A DNA stretch of 64,000 nucleotides, from NCBI GenBank assembly GCA_001769125.1, contig MEOG01000020.1:1387-65386 (forward strand). The letters run 5' to 3'. The notes below the pieces were generated by a model. That model made no database searches, had not been told where the DNA came from, and saw nothing but the letters and a program-made list of their open reading frames with translations. Below are positions 47,797 through 58,179 of this stretch, piece after piece. Position numbers and translations under genes: made by a program. The stretch comes from Bacteroidetes bacterium GWF2_35_48. Its GTDB lineage: Bacteria; Bacteroidota; Bacteroidia; Bacteroidales; GWF2-35-48. Numbering within the stretch: position 1 is the stretch's first letter; the number at the start of each line of letters is the position of its first letter.

Positions 47797-48846
47797 TTAT
47801 TCCTGAATCATTTTAAGGTATTCTTTCCATTCTCCAATATCCTTCCAACTATTTTCACTAATTGGAAAAACACCTACTCTTTTTTTCTTTTTTTGTAACA
47901 GTTCAATAAGCGATGTTATGTGAAAAAAAGTGTTTTGTGGAATTTCACTAATAAGATGTGGTTCCAAAATATAAAAACCAGTATTTATTTTAAAAGTAAT
48001 TTCCGGTTTTTCGGTTATTGAATCCAATACACCATTTTTACCTGTTTCTATAGTACCGTAAGGGATTGAATAATTTTTAAGGGCTGCAACGACTGTTAGT
48101 TCATTGTTGTTTTCTCTATGATATTTGAGTATTTCAGAGTAATCCTGGTTAATTAATATATCACAGTTTGTCACAAAAAAAGTTTCTTTAATCACGTCTT
48201 TTAAAAGTTGTAAACTGCCAGCTGTCCCTAGTGGTTTCAATTCTTCAAGATAGGATATATTGTATTTTTGTTTTACTTGGTTTTCAATATAATATTTTAT
48301 AATATCTGACTTGTAGTTAACCGATAGAAAAAATTTGTCACAACCATATTCAATAAAACTTTCAAGGATTTCTTCAATAATTGTATTTTCTCCTATCGGA
48401 AACAAAGGCTTTGGAATCACATTTGTTAACGGTTTTAATCTTTGCCCCTGCCCTCCTGCCATTATAACAACAGGTAAATTTATTTGTGTTTTGTTTTTTA
48501 AAGTTTCATCACCAATAATATCTTCCCAGTAAACAACTTTAACCAAATATCCTTTTGAATCAATAACTGGCATAGCCTCTACTCTTTTTTCAAGCATAAC
48601 TTGTTTAATTTCATCAAATGATTGCTGGGTATTTGCAACAGTAATTAATTTCCTTAAAATATCTTTAATCGGTGTTTCTAAAGATTTTTGGTTGATTATT
48701 GCCCTCTGTAAATCTCCCAGGCTAAGTACCCCAATAAATTTATTGTCAGATTCTACAATAAAAAGAAGTTTGCATTTTTTTTCGTCCATTAATTTCAATG
48801 CAGAAATAATGGTTAGATTTATTGATACAATGTTGTTCCTGTTCAT
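47797..48846 (-). CDS. CBS-domain sugar-1-phosphate nucleotidyltransferase (PtmE-like)
   Basis: N-terminal CBS pair, then MAGGQGQRLKPLT..IPKP, PLGTAG and WKDIG. Confidence 0.88.
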   Translation of the reverse strand: MNRNNIVSINLTIISALKLMDEKKCKLLFIVESDNKFIGVLSLGDLQRAIINQKSLETPIKDILRKLITVANTQQSFDEIKQVMLEKRVEAMPVIDSKGYLVKVVYWEDIIGDETLKNKTQINLPVVIMAGGQGQRLKPLTNVIPKPLFPIGENTIIEEILESFIEYGCDKFFLSVNYKSDIIKYYIENQVKQKYNISYLEELKPLGTAGSLQLLKDVIKETFFVTNCDILINQDYSEILKYHRENNNELTVVAALKNYSIPYGTIETGKNGVLDSITEKPEITFKINTGFYILEPHLISEIPQNTFFHITSLIELLQKKKKRVGVFPISENSWKDIGEWKEYLKMIQE

Positions 48847-49490
48847 AGTTTGTTACCTTTAATTAATTTTATAGCAGGTACCCCTACATAAATTCCAGGT
48901 TCTGTAATGTTTTTAGTAACAACTGTTCCTGCCCCTGTTTGTACAAAGTCGCATATAGTTACATCGTTGCTTACTGTTGTCGAAATTCCTATATTGCAGC
49001 ATTCTCCAATTTCGCAGTGCCCTGCAATAGATACAGTCCCAGAAATCATAGTGTGTTTTTTAACTTTTGAATCAGTAACATAGCTTCTTATTTGAATAAA
49101 TACATCATCTTCAATAATTGCATTCATATAAAGAATAGAAAATGGAAATACTATAACTCCTTTTCCTATTTTAGCGGTACTATCTATTAAACAGCTTGAG
49201 TGTATGAAAGTCGCAAATGGTATTTTGAATTCAAATCTTTCAAAAACTTCTTTTCTGTATTTTAAACGCGTGTAACCTATTGAATTTATTAACTGATCAA
49301 AAACATTATTTCTGAATGCTGATTCAATATCATTAAGGGTTCCAATTACAGGGTAACCATTTATTATGTTTCCAACTGGCGTGAAATCGTCAAAATAACC
49401 AACAACATCAAATTGATTATCTTCTACAATATAATGCGCTATATGCTTAGCCATTTCACCAGAACCAATAAAAGTTACACGTTTTTTCAT
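48843..49490 (-). CDS. NeuD/PglD-type sugar acetyltransferase
   Basis: N-terminal IGSG...GYFDD, hexapeptide repeats and YVGVPA. Confidence 0.8.
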   Translation of the reverse strand: MKKRVTFIGSGEMAKHIAHYIVEDNQFDVVGYFDDFTPVGNIINGYPVIGTLNDIESAFRNNVFDQLINSIGYTRLKYRKEVFERFEFKIPFATFIHSSCLIDSTAKIGKGVIVFPFSILYMNAIIEDDVFIQIRSYVTDSKVKKHTMISGTVSIAGHCEIGECCNIGISTTVSNDVTICDFVQTGAGTVVTKNITEPGIYVGVPAIKLIKGNKL

Positions 49491-49497
49491 TTTTTAA

Positions 49498-50670
49498 TTA
49501 ATACATTTCTATTTTTACAGTAGCGAAAAATTGATTTTTTAACTCAAGTAAATTATTCATATTTTTACTTTGTAATACGACAAAGCCTATGCGGTCTATG
49601 CTGTTTTTAATTTCATTTATTGTTGAGCCGACACTAACATTTAGTTCGAAACTTTTTACACCAATTATTTTTTGTGCTTTTTTTAAACCAGAAACAGATT
49701 TGATAGTTCCAGTTGGGAGGTTAAAATAGAATATTCCTGAAAAGTTATCTTTTTCACGAGAATAAATGGGAGTATTTCCAAGTGATATTTCAATTAACAT
49801 TTTTTCAATATTAATTCCGGACGATAAAGGTGTAAGCATTGATGTTATATAATCGCCACCAAGCCTGGGGCTGGTTTCAAGAATAAAAATTCCTTTTTCG
49901 TTAACTTTTAACTCTGTATGAGAAGCACAATTGTCAAATTTAAATGCAATTGCAATTTTATCAATAATTTCAACTATTTTTTCTTTGATGTTTTGATCCA
50001 GATTAGCAGGCTGAATATGCCCCAGCTCAACATGATATGGTAAGGATGTTGTTGTTTTTTCAGTAAATTGGATTATTTCTGTTTTACCTTTAAAATGAAT
50101 AGCTTCTATGCTGTACTCATATCCATCAATCACTTCTTCAATCACAACATTTGGTTGCTTCGTGTTTTGAAAAGCATAATTTAATGAGATCCTTGCTGTT
50201 TCAAGGGAAGCACAAGTTGAGACTCCCCTGCTACCTGAGTTGTCTCTTGGTTTTACAATAACAGGAAAATCTGAAATATCATCAACATTACTAACCAGAT
50301 ATCCTTTAGGGCATGGAATATCATTTAACTGAAAAGTCTTTTTCATTAAAAACTTATCTGTAGATAACAGGGCCGTTTGTTCACTATAAAATGGAATGTT
50401 ATATTTAGAAGCCAGCTTTGCCATCATAACCAATGGTTTGTCTGTTGCAGATGTAATAATCGCTTTTATCTTATATTTTTCTATAATATCACATGTTTTT
50501 TTGAAGTCCTGACCGTCTATTACTTCAAACAAATCTGCAATACTTTTTCCTTTTGCTTTAGAGTCCGGATCAATAACAATGGTAAATAAGTCCATAGATT
50601 TACAGCAATTGATCAAAGAAATTTGTAAATTACCGCCACCAAAAACCAATATTGTTTTTTTATTGTACAT
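49498..50670 (-). CDS. ATP-grasp ligase
   Basis: Motifs TDKFLMK, VKPRDNSGSRGV, EEVIDGYEYSIE, HTEL and PRLGGD. Confidence 0.88.
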   Translation of the reverse strand: MYNKKTILVFGGGNLQISLINCCKSMDLFTIVIDPDSKAKGKSIADLFEVIDGQDFKKTCDIIEKYKIKAIITSATDKPLVMMAKLASKYNIPFYSEQTALLSTDKFLMKKTFQLNDIPCPKGYLVSNVDDISDFPVIVKPRDNSGSRGVSTCASLETARISLNYAFQNTKQPNVVIEEVIDGYEYSIEAIHFKGKTEIIQFTEKTTTSLPYHVELGHIQPANLDQNIKEKIVEIIDKIAIAFKFDNCASHTELKVNEKGIFILETSPRLGGDYITSMLTPLSSGINIEKMLIEISLGNTPIYSREKDNFSGIFYFNLPTGTIKSVSGLKKAQKIIGVKSFELNVSVGSTINEIKNSIDRIGFVVLQSKNMNNLLELKNQFFATVKIEMY

Positions 50671-51799
50671 TCTCTAATATTGAATTCAAAACTGAACAAA
50701 TATAGTCAATTTCATCTGTTGAAAGAGAACCATACATCGGGAGAGTTATTTCATTGTCGGAAACATATTCTGTTACTGGTAAACCAATTTTAAATGTCTT
50801 ATAAATAGAAAACCTGTGTACTGCAGGATAATGCACGCTGGTCTGAATACCAGCTTCGTGCAGCTTGTTTCTGATGGTGTCTCGTTTAAAAGATGTTGAA
50901 TTTTTTAATACTATTGGAAAAATATAATTCGATACAAACTCCTTGTTATCAGAAAAAGGTATTATAATATTTTCTAATTTACTTAATTGTTTAAGATAAT
51001 ATGCTCGGACTTTTTGTCGGGATTCTAAATCGTTTTGTAATTTTTTTAATTGAGATAAAGCAATTGATGCACGAATATCATCCATTCTGAAATTATACCC
51101 GAGTTCTATAATATCGTAAGATGTAGCATGCCCTTGTGCTCTTTGATATGATAACGAGGTCATGCCATGAGAGCGCAAAAGACGGATACGCGGTTCGAAT
51201 TTTGAATTATTTGTAACGATCATGCCTCCTTCACCAGTTGAAATATTTTTATTAGAAAAAAAACTAAAACACCCAATATCACCAATAGATCCGAGTTTTT
51301 TTCCTTTGTGTTCAGACATGGGTCCATGACATGCGTCTTCGATAATTTTTAACTTGTATTTATTTGCAATTTCTTTAATTTTATCCATGTCACATGGAAA
51401 TCCGGCAAAATGAACAACAATAATGGCTTTAGTTTTTGATGTAATTAGTTGCTCTATTTTATCTGGATTAATATTGATATTTTCAAAACTTTTTATATCA
51501 CAAAATACAGGAACTGCATTTACATATCTTATAGCATTTACCGTAGCAGCAAAAGTCAGAGAGGGACAAATAACTTCATCGCCATCAGAAACATTTAATA
51601 TCCTGAATGCTAAATGTAGTGAATCCGTACAGTTTGAAAGAGAAACAGCGTGCTTTACATTCAGCATTCTGGCAAATTGTTCTTCTAGTTCTTCGCATTT
51701 AGGCCCAGTTGAAATCCATTTTGAGCGAATTGTTTCAATAACTGCAAATTCTTCAGATTCGTCAAAATTTAATTTAAAAAGAGGGATTTTATATTCCAT
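50660..51799 (-). CDS. DegT/DnrJ/EryC1/StrS sugar aminotransferase
   Basis: Motifs VHFAG, IEDACH, FSFFSNKNISTGEGGM and LGYNFRM. Confidence 0.93.
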   Translation of the reverse strand: MEYKIPLFKLNFDESEEFAVIETIRSKWISTGPKCEELEEQFARMLNVKHAVSLSNCTDSLHLAFRILNVSDGDEVICPSLTFAATVNAIRYVNAVPVFCDIKSFENININPDKIEQLITSKTKAIIVVHFAGFPCDMDKIKEIANKYKLKIIEDACHGPMSEHKGKKLGSIGDIGCFSFFSNKNISTGEGGMIVTNNSKFEPRIRLLRSHGMTSLSYQRAQGHATSYDIIELGYNFRMDDIRASIALSQLKKLQNDLESRQKVRAYYLKQLSKLENIIIPFSDNKEFVSNYIFPIVLKNSTSFKRDTIRNKLHEAGIQTSVHYPAVHRFSIYKTFKIGLPVTEYVSDNEITLPMYGSLSTDEIDYICSVLNSILENVQ

Positions 51800-51801
51800 T
51801 A

Positions 51802-52776
51802 TCAGACGTTATAAATATTCCATTTATAGTTTGCAAGATTTTTTTCATTTAAAAACCACTTGATTGTTTCACTTAACCCCTTTTCAATATTATACTTTGG
51901 CTTAAACCCTGTTAATTTTTGAATTTTACTATTGTCTCCAAATAGGCGAAATACTTCAGAGTTTTTTGGGCGAATTCTATTATTGTCTTTTGTTATTTGA
52001 ATTTCTGAATTCATTTTTTTTGCAATTAATTCTGTTATTTCACTCATGGAAATTTCAAAATTACTGGAAATATTTATTTCCTGCCCAATGGATTCATTGC
52101 ATTCAGCCAATTGAATAAATCCCTCACAGGTATCTTGTACAAAAGTAAAATCTCTTGTTGGCGTTAAATCCCCTAATTTAATGTTTTTTTTACCTGATGC
52201 TATTTGAGTAATAACAGTAGGGATAAATGCTCTGGCAGACTGACGAGGCCCGTATGTATTGAATGGTCTTACAATTGTAACAGGTAATTGAAAGGAATTA
52301 AAAAAACTCAATGCAATTGCATCTGCTCCAATTTTTGAAGCTGAATAGGGGGATTGTGGTTGTTTGGGATGATTTTCATCAATGGGTACATATTTGGCTG
52401 TTCCGTAAACTTCGCTTGTTGAAGTTACAAGTACCCTTTTTACATTATTATCTCTTGCGGCTTGACAAATATTCAAGGTCCCAGAAATATTTGTTTCTAA
52501 ATAGCTGTTGGGAGCTATATAAGAATAGGGAATTGCAATTAATGCGGCCAGATGAAAAACTACTTCAATATCTTTTAAAAGCATATTACAAAAATGGGGA
52601 TCCCTTATGTCGCCGGTAACTATTTCTAGATTTTGATGCCTTAAACCTTCAAGCCATCCCCAATTATTAAATGAATTGTAAAAAGATAATGCTTTTACGT
52701 TGTAATTTTTTCTCAAAAGCATTTCGGTTAAATGAGAGCCAATAAAACCATCTGCACCAGTTATAAGTATTTTCAT
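51802..52776 (-). CDS. NDP-HexNAc 4,6-dehydratase (LegB-like SDR)
   Basis: Motifs TGADGFIGSHL, HLAALIAIPYSY, STSEVYGTA, YSASK and RPFNTYGPRQSARA. Confidence 0.85.
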   Translation of the reverse strand: MKILITGADGFIGSHLTEMLLRKNYNVKALSFYNSFNNWGWLEGLRHQNLEIVTGDIRDPHFCNMLLKDIEVVFHLAALIAIPYSYIAPNSYLETNISGTLNICQAARDNNVKRVLVTSTSEVYGTAKYVPIDENHPKQPQSPYSASKIGADAIALSFFNSFQLPVTIVRPFNTYGPRQSARAFIPTVITQIASGKKNIKLGDLTPTRDFTFVQDTCEGFIQLAECNESIGQEINISSNFEISMSEITELIAKKMNSEIQITKDNNRIRPKNSEVFRLFGDNSKIQKLTGFKPKYNIEKGLSETIKWFLNEKNLANYKWNIYNV

Positions 52777-52926
52777 TTTTCAAGTTTTGTGTTTTTCACA
52801 AAAATAGTAATTTATTCTTTCACATTTTACAACTATTTATTTTTCGTAAACACTTAAAATGAATACGCAACTTGATTTATATTTATTCTGATAATTTAAC
52901 GAGAATATTATTTGCACAAATAAGAA

Positions 52927-54171
52927 TTATAAGCCTAATAATTCATCAGCAAATTTGTTATAGTTTATGTCGGCATTATAACTTTTTTTCCAAAAATCAA
53001 ATGCATTCTGTCTATAGTGTAACTGATTCTCTAAACTGCTTGATAAATAAGTTTCAATTACCTGAGCAATTACATTTACATCAAATTCTTTATTAATCAA
53101 AAATCCGAATTTTTTATTTACAATTTCAGATGTGCCTCCAACATCCGTAGCAATAATAGGTATGCCCGCAGATAATGCCTCCATAATACTGACCGGAATT
53201 CCTTCTGATTCACTGACATTAATAAATAAATCTACATAATTATTGTGATAAAACTCTAGTATTTCACTGTTTTTAACGATTCCCTTGAAGCAAAATTCAA
53301 CATGTGATATTTTTTGTTTAGCATATTCTTCAAGTTCTTTTCGTAGCTCTCCTTCTCCCCAATGCACCCATTTTATTTTTTTAAATTGAAGTTGAGCCAA
53401 TATATCAATTATCAGATGAATTCTTTTTAAAGGCAATAAGAAACTGCAACTGCAAAACAGAACCGAATCTTCCTTTTTTTGGACGTTGCATACACGAGTA
53501 CTTGTTTTACCAAGCCTTGAGATTGAAATTTTATTTTCGAATTGGCTCCCTAACAATCTGAGAAATTCCATTTTTCCGGCTAATGATATTGAATAGGTTT
53601 GATCTAATGATAATACAATATTTTTTTTAAAAGGTAAATAGGGAATAGGATGGCGATCAAAAAAAATATCCCAACCGTGTGATCTTGAAATACACTTAAA
53701 GTCCTTATTCTCTTTTTTTAAAAGCGCCAAAGCCAATGATTTATAATCATGCCAGTATGAGTAAAATATTATATTCTGTGATTCATATCTGTTTTTTCTA
53801 ACAATTATATTTATAAATCTTGTTAAGATACGTGCCTTAACAATATCCATATACATTATTTTAAAAATATGAAAAATGAGCTTTAATTTAAAGTTTTTAA
53901 TAATATAAAATATCTCTTTCCAGAAAAATATCTTGGAAAAACTTAAAAGACCAAAAATTTTTATATCAATAGTTACTTTTTGTGAATAGGTGTTGACAAA
54001 AACATTTGAGGGTAAATGTCTAATATAATTTGGATTATTTTGCTCTTTTGTTATAATAATAATTTTTTCAAATCTTTTAGCAATTATGCCAATTTCGTCA
54101 TCAAGAAAAAATTCTTCGTATAAAAAGGGATAACTCTCAGTTAATAATATTAATGTTTTTTGTTTATCCAC
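52927..54171 (-). CDS. GT4 glycosyltransferase
   Basis: Motifs YSYW...SRSHGWD and SESEGIPVSIMEALSAGIPIIATDVGG. Confidence 0.88.
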   Translation of the reverse strand: MDKQKTLILLTESYPFLYEEFFLDDEIGIIAKRFEKIIIITKEQNNPNYIRHLPSNVFVNTYSQKVTIDIKIFGLLSFSKIFFWKEIFYIIKNFKLKLIFHIFKIMYMDIVKARILTRFINIIVRKNRYESQNIIFYSYWHDYKSLALALLKKENKDFKCISRSHGWDIFFDRHPIPYLPFKKNIVLSLDQTYSISLAGKMEFLRLLGSQFENKISISRLGKTSTRVCNVQKKEDSVLFCSCSFLLPLKRIHLIIDILAQLQFKKIKWVHWGEGELRKELEEYAKQKISHVEFCFKGIVKNSEILEFYHNNYVDLFINVSESEGIPVSIMEALSAGIPIIATDVGGTSEIVNKKFGFLINKEFDVNVIAQVIETYLSSSLENQLHYRQNAFDFWKKSYNADINYNKFADELLGL

Positions 54172-54214
54172 TTTGTGAAAAAAATTAAATCATAATTCTG
54201 ATTTATAACCAATC

Positions 54215-55372
54215 TTATAAACTTATAGTATAATAAAAATCTATTAATTCCTTAATTTTAATAGTCACGTCAAATCTAGCCGCGTACTGTTTTGAATATT
54301 CGGACATATTTGAATACATCTCTGGTTTGTTAATCAAAGATTTAATCGTATTTGAAAAAAGTGATGCATCCTGTTTAAAAAGCATAAATCCATTCCTGCC
54401 TTCTTCAATTACATCCCTGTTCCCTTTCCCATCAAGTGTAATTACGGGCAAGCCAGCAGCCATTGCTTCAAGGAAAACTAGACCAAATGCTTCGGATAAA
54501 GCAGAGTGTATATATAGATCGCATTTTTTGTACCACTCTTCAACATTATGGCAAATCCCTCTTAAAAATATTTCGTTTTCAAGATTGTTACTAATCACTA
54601 AATCCTTGATCATGTTAAATTTTTCTCCGTCACCTATTAAGTTCATTTCAAAAGGTACATTTTCTTTTTTTAACTCTTTTGCAACTTCGATTAAAAATTT
54701 CTGATTTTTCTTGTATTGAAAACTGCCTACGTTAAGCAACCTTATTGGTTGATTAGGATTAATTCGTCTATTATTAATGTTGAAAAAACGATTATAGTTA
54801 AAGCCATAATAAATCAGATTAACATTTTTGACCATTGAGGACGGCAATGATTTTTTAAAGTATTTTTCTGTATCACTTGAATTTGCAATAAAATAAGTTG
54901 TTGTGTTTTTATATTTTTTTCTAGTTATATATATTTTTTCTATAAAATGTAAAATGCTTTCCTTTTTTAATAAAGTACTGAGTGAAAAGTTTTTAAATTG
55001 TACCATCTTGTCATGACAATGGCAAACATACCTGATATCTTTGTGATTGTAGTATGAACTTAAAAATTCAGCTAAAAATCTATGAGTGTGAATAATATGT
55101 GGCTTAAAAGATTCCAGTAAATTTTTATAAGCATTATTCTCGTTTTCTCCAAATAATCTGAATGTTTTGTAATCTAATATTTTAACAGGATAATTGTTTG
55201 TGAATTCAGTATTTTGATTATTATCATAAAGAGCTGCAATTATAAATTCTATATTTTTCGTTTTAGAAATTTCACAGCACAAATCCATCAAATACCTTTC
55301 AGCTCCTCCTTTTCCTAAATCTGTGATGAGAAATAGTACTCTTAATTTATTTTGATTTGTAGAAATCATCAA
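54215..55372 (-). CDS. GT4 glycosyltransferase
   Basis: Motifs GGAER, KNQ and EAFGLVFLEAMAAGLP. Confidence 0.9.
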   Translation of the reverse strand: MMISTNQNKLRVLFLITDLGKGGAERYLMDLCCEISKTKNIEFIIAALYDNNQNTEFTNNYPVKILDYKTFRLFGENENNAYKNLLESFKPHIIHTHRFLAEFLSSYYNHKDIRYVCHCHDKMVQFKNFSLSTLLKKESILHFIEKIYITRKKYKNTTTYFIANSSDTEKYFKKSLPSSMVKNVNLIYYGFNYNRFFNINNRRINPNQPIRLLNVGSFQYKKNQKFLIEVAKELKKENVPFEMNLIGDGEKFNMIKDLVISNNLENEIFLRGICHNVEEWYKKCDLYIHSALSEAFGLVFLEAMAAGLPVITLDGKGNRDVIEEGRNGFMLFKQDASLFSNTIKSLINKPEMYSNMSEYSKQYAARFDVTIKIKELIDFYYTISL

Positions 55373-56294
55373 TCATTTTTTTTAAATTTCGAATCCGTGG
55401 TTTTACTCTGAACATTAATTTAACAAAAAGAAAATTTAATGGAGTTATTTGCTTTTTCCATTTTTGATAATATTTTTTAAATATAGGTTCTTCTGTCAAA
55501 TAGTATAATATTTTTAACTGTGGAACATGAACATTTTGTTGATAATAATATCGTACCAATTCTTTATTTAACAGATCATAGATAGACCAATATGATGTAC
55601 TGAATTTATGAATATTTTTTTTTAAAGTTATGATGCATTTGTCAATATCTTTTTTTACTTCAGTATTTCCAGTAACTCTGTAAAGATCATACAATCCAAA
55701 AAGTGTGTAAATATACCCGTTTAAAACAAATGTGGGCTTTGGTGTTGGATATTCTTCAAACCAAAGATCTCCGTACTCATCGAATCTTCTTACGCCACCG
55801 TTATTATACTCAAATTTTAAAAATTCATATGCCTGTATTGCAGTATTTAAAAGATTTTCATCATTAAGCGCCTGATACATCCTTAAATAAAAAGAAATAA
55901 TCTCTCCTTGAGCCATAGCGGATGGCCAGGGAGGATCTATTTTATACTTTTCATCAAAAACATAATTATACCAGACACTCGTATTATTTTTTGTTGTCTT
56001 TAAATTATTTAAAACAAGTAAACAGTGTTTTAAAATCTGTAAAGTCTTTTGATCTCTGTTTTCAAGCCATTCAGCATGAAGCATAAATCCATATTGTGCG
56101 ATGTTAACAGTTGAATAATATAACTCTTTATTATTTCGGCACATTGGTACTCCATTAGGATCTATAACACCGTTATAAATGTTATTTGTTGTATAATGGA
56201 TTAAAGCAGGTCGCATATCAATATAATAGGATCCCAGATTTTTATCCAGAGAAACATTACCAAGAGAAAATTTTATTTTTCGGCTTTCTTCCAT
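55347..56294 (-). CDS. D-glucuronyl C5-epimerase family protein (copy 2)
   Basis: Motifs NIAQYG, WPSAMAQGE, WFEEYP..TFVLNGYIYTLFGLYD, WSIYD and YYQQNVH. Confidence 0.85.
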   Translation of the reverse strand: MEESRKIKFSLGNVSLDKNLGSYYIDMRPALIHYTTNNIYNGVIDPNGVPMCRNNKELYYSTVNIAQYGFMLHAEWLENRDQKTLQILKHCLLVLNNLKTTKNNTSVWYNYVFDEKYKIDPPWPSAMAQGEIISFYLRMYQALNDENLLNTAIQAYEFLKFEYNNGGVRRFDEYGDLWFEEYPTPKPTFVLNGYIYTLFGLYDLYRVTGNTEVKKDIDKCIITLKKNIHKFSTSYWSIYDLLNKELVRYYYQQNVHVPQLKILYYLTEEPIFKKYYQKWKKQITPLNFLFVKLMFRVKPRIRNLKKMIDDFYKSK

Positions 56295-56316
56295 TATAAT
56301 ATTCAGAAAAGGAGGA

Positions 56317-58176
56317 TTAAAAATTTTTTAAATACCATAATTTGAAAATATATAAATTCCAAATTAATTTTCTATTATTTTGTTTTTTTGAAATATGATC
56401 GTAAAGTATTTTTTTTACATATAAATCAGAGAAAAAATCATCTTTAGAGCTTAAAATATTAAAAACGTCACTTTTTAAATCTTCACGAATCCACTTTGAG
56501 AGTGGAATCCCAAACCCTTTTTTGGGTCTGTTAATTATCTGATCAGGAAGTTTATTTCTCATTACCTTTTTTAAAAGATACTTACAAGTTCCATTTCTTA
56601 TTTTATAAGTTTTCGGCAATGTGCTAATAAAATTAACCACTTCTGTATCCAGAAAAGGCACTCTTACTTCTAGGGAATTAAACATAGAAGCCCTATCAAC
56701 TTTATATAAAATATCATCTAATAAATAGGTTTTATAGTAAATATAAAGAATTTGATTAAAATAATTTTCATTAGGAATGTTTTTCAAAAAATAATCAACT
56801 ACATCAAGACCATTTCCATTCTCTATTTGCAATCCAATATCTTTTTTAAATAGGTGGTTTTTCATTAATGGAGTGAAACTTCCTAGCCAAAGAGAATGGG
56901 TATAATTTTTATTGCTTTCAAAACCTTTTAAAAATTGATTGATTTTAAAATCAAGGCTTATGTTTTTATCACTTACAGGCAAAAATTGAGAAATTTCAGT
57001 AAATATTTTTATAATTATTGCAGGAAATAATCTGAAAAATTTAGCATATTTTTCAGAAATAAAAGTAGGATAGCCTGCAAGCAATTCATCGCTGCCATCC
57101 CCCCCTAAAGCAACAGTAACATGCTCGCGGGTAAATTTTGATAAATAATATGTTGGTATAATTGATGGATCTGCAAAAGGTTCATCTAATTTATCAATAA
57201 TTTCAGGAAGAAGGGTCAATGATTGCTTTGAAGATAATATTTGTTCATTATGATTAGTGCCAAGGTGACCAGCAACTTTTTTTGCATAATTGCTTTCATC
57301 ATAACTTTTTTCTTCAAAACCAATAGAAAAAGTGTTGATTTTTTGACTACAGTTTTTTTGGGCATAATATGCTATAGCACTACTGTCGATTCCACCACTA
57401 AGAAATACACCAAGGGGAACATCACTCATCATACGTTTTTTAACAGCATTGTTTAAAAGTAAATCGAGTGTATTTATTGCATCTGGGATTGAGATATTCT
57501 TTTCATTGAAATTCACGTTCCAATATATTTTTTTTTCTGTAATTTTATTTTTCTTAACAATCAAATAGCTTGCAGGTTCCAGTTTATAAATGTTTTTATA
57601 AATAGAAAATGGTGTTGGAACATAATCGAAAGTCAAATATTGATTTAACGTGTTTAAATTAAGCTCTTTTTTAACAGATGGGTAAAAAAATAAAGATTTT
57701 GGCTCAGATGCAAAAACGAATGATTGATTATCATGATAAAAATAAAGTGGTTTTTTTCCCATTCTGTCTCTTGCTAAAAATAAAGTTTTCTCATTGAAGT
57801 TATATATAGCAAAAGCGAACATCCCATTAATAATATCAAGACAATCATGTCCATATTCAATATACGCATTTAATAGAACTTCTGTGTCTGATTGTGTTCT
57901 AAAGAAATAGTTTTTTGTTTTTAATAATTTTTCTTTTATTTCTAAATAATTATAAATTTCTCCGTTAAAAACTAAAGCATATTTTTTATCAGCAGAAAAA
58001 AAGGGTTGGTGGCTTCGGCTGTCTAAATCTATTATACTTAAACGGGCTTGAGCTAGTCCTACGTTTTCAGTAAAAGAAATCCCTAAAAAATCTGGGCCTC
58101 TGTACTGAATTGAAGATATCATTTTATAAATAATGTCTTCATTCCCAAAGCCAACAAATCCTGCTATTCCACACAT
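56317..58176 (-). CDS. asnB: Asparagine synthetase B-like glutamine amidotransferase (glycan amidation)
   Basis: Motifs MCGIAG, RGPD, RLSIIDL, FNGEIYN, LSGGIDS, GGDGSDE and DRASM.NSLEVRVPFLD. Confidence 0.92.
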   Translation of the reverse strand: MCGIAGFVGFGNEDIIYKMISSIQYRGPDFLGISFTENVGLAQARLSIIDLDSRSHQPFFSADKKYALVFNGEIYNYLEIKEKLLKTKNYFFRTQSDTEVLLNAYIEYGHDCLDIINGMFAFAIYNFNEKTLFLARDRMGKKPLYFYHDNQSFVFASEPKSLFFYPSVKKELNLNTLNQYLTFDYVPTPFSIYKNIYKLEPASYLIVKKNKITEKKIYWNVNFNEKNISIPDAINTLDLLLNNAVKKRMMSDVPLGVFLSGGIDSSAIAYYAQKNCSQKINTFSIGFEEKSYDESNYAKKVAGHLGTNHNEQILSSKQSLTLLPEIIDKLDEPFADPSIIPTYYLSKFTREHVTVALGGDGSDELLAGYPTFISEKYAKFFRLFPAIIIKIFTEISQFLPVSDKNISLDFKINQFLKGFESNKNYTHSLWLGSFTPLMKNHLFKKDIGLQIENGNGLDVVDYFLKNIPNENYFNQILYIYYKTYLLDDILYKVDRASMFNSLEVRVPFLDTEVVNFISTLPKTYKIRNGTCKYLLKKVMRNKLPDQIINRPKKGFGIPLSKWIREDLKSDVFNILSSKDDFFSDLYVKKILYDHISKKQNNRKLIWNLYIFKLWYLKNF

Positions 58177-58179
58177 AAA

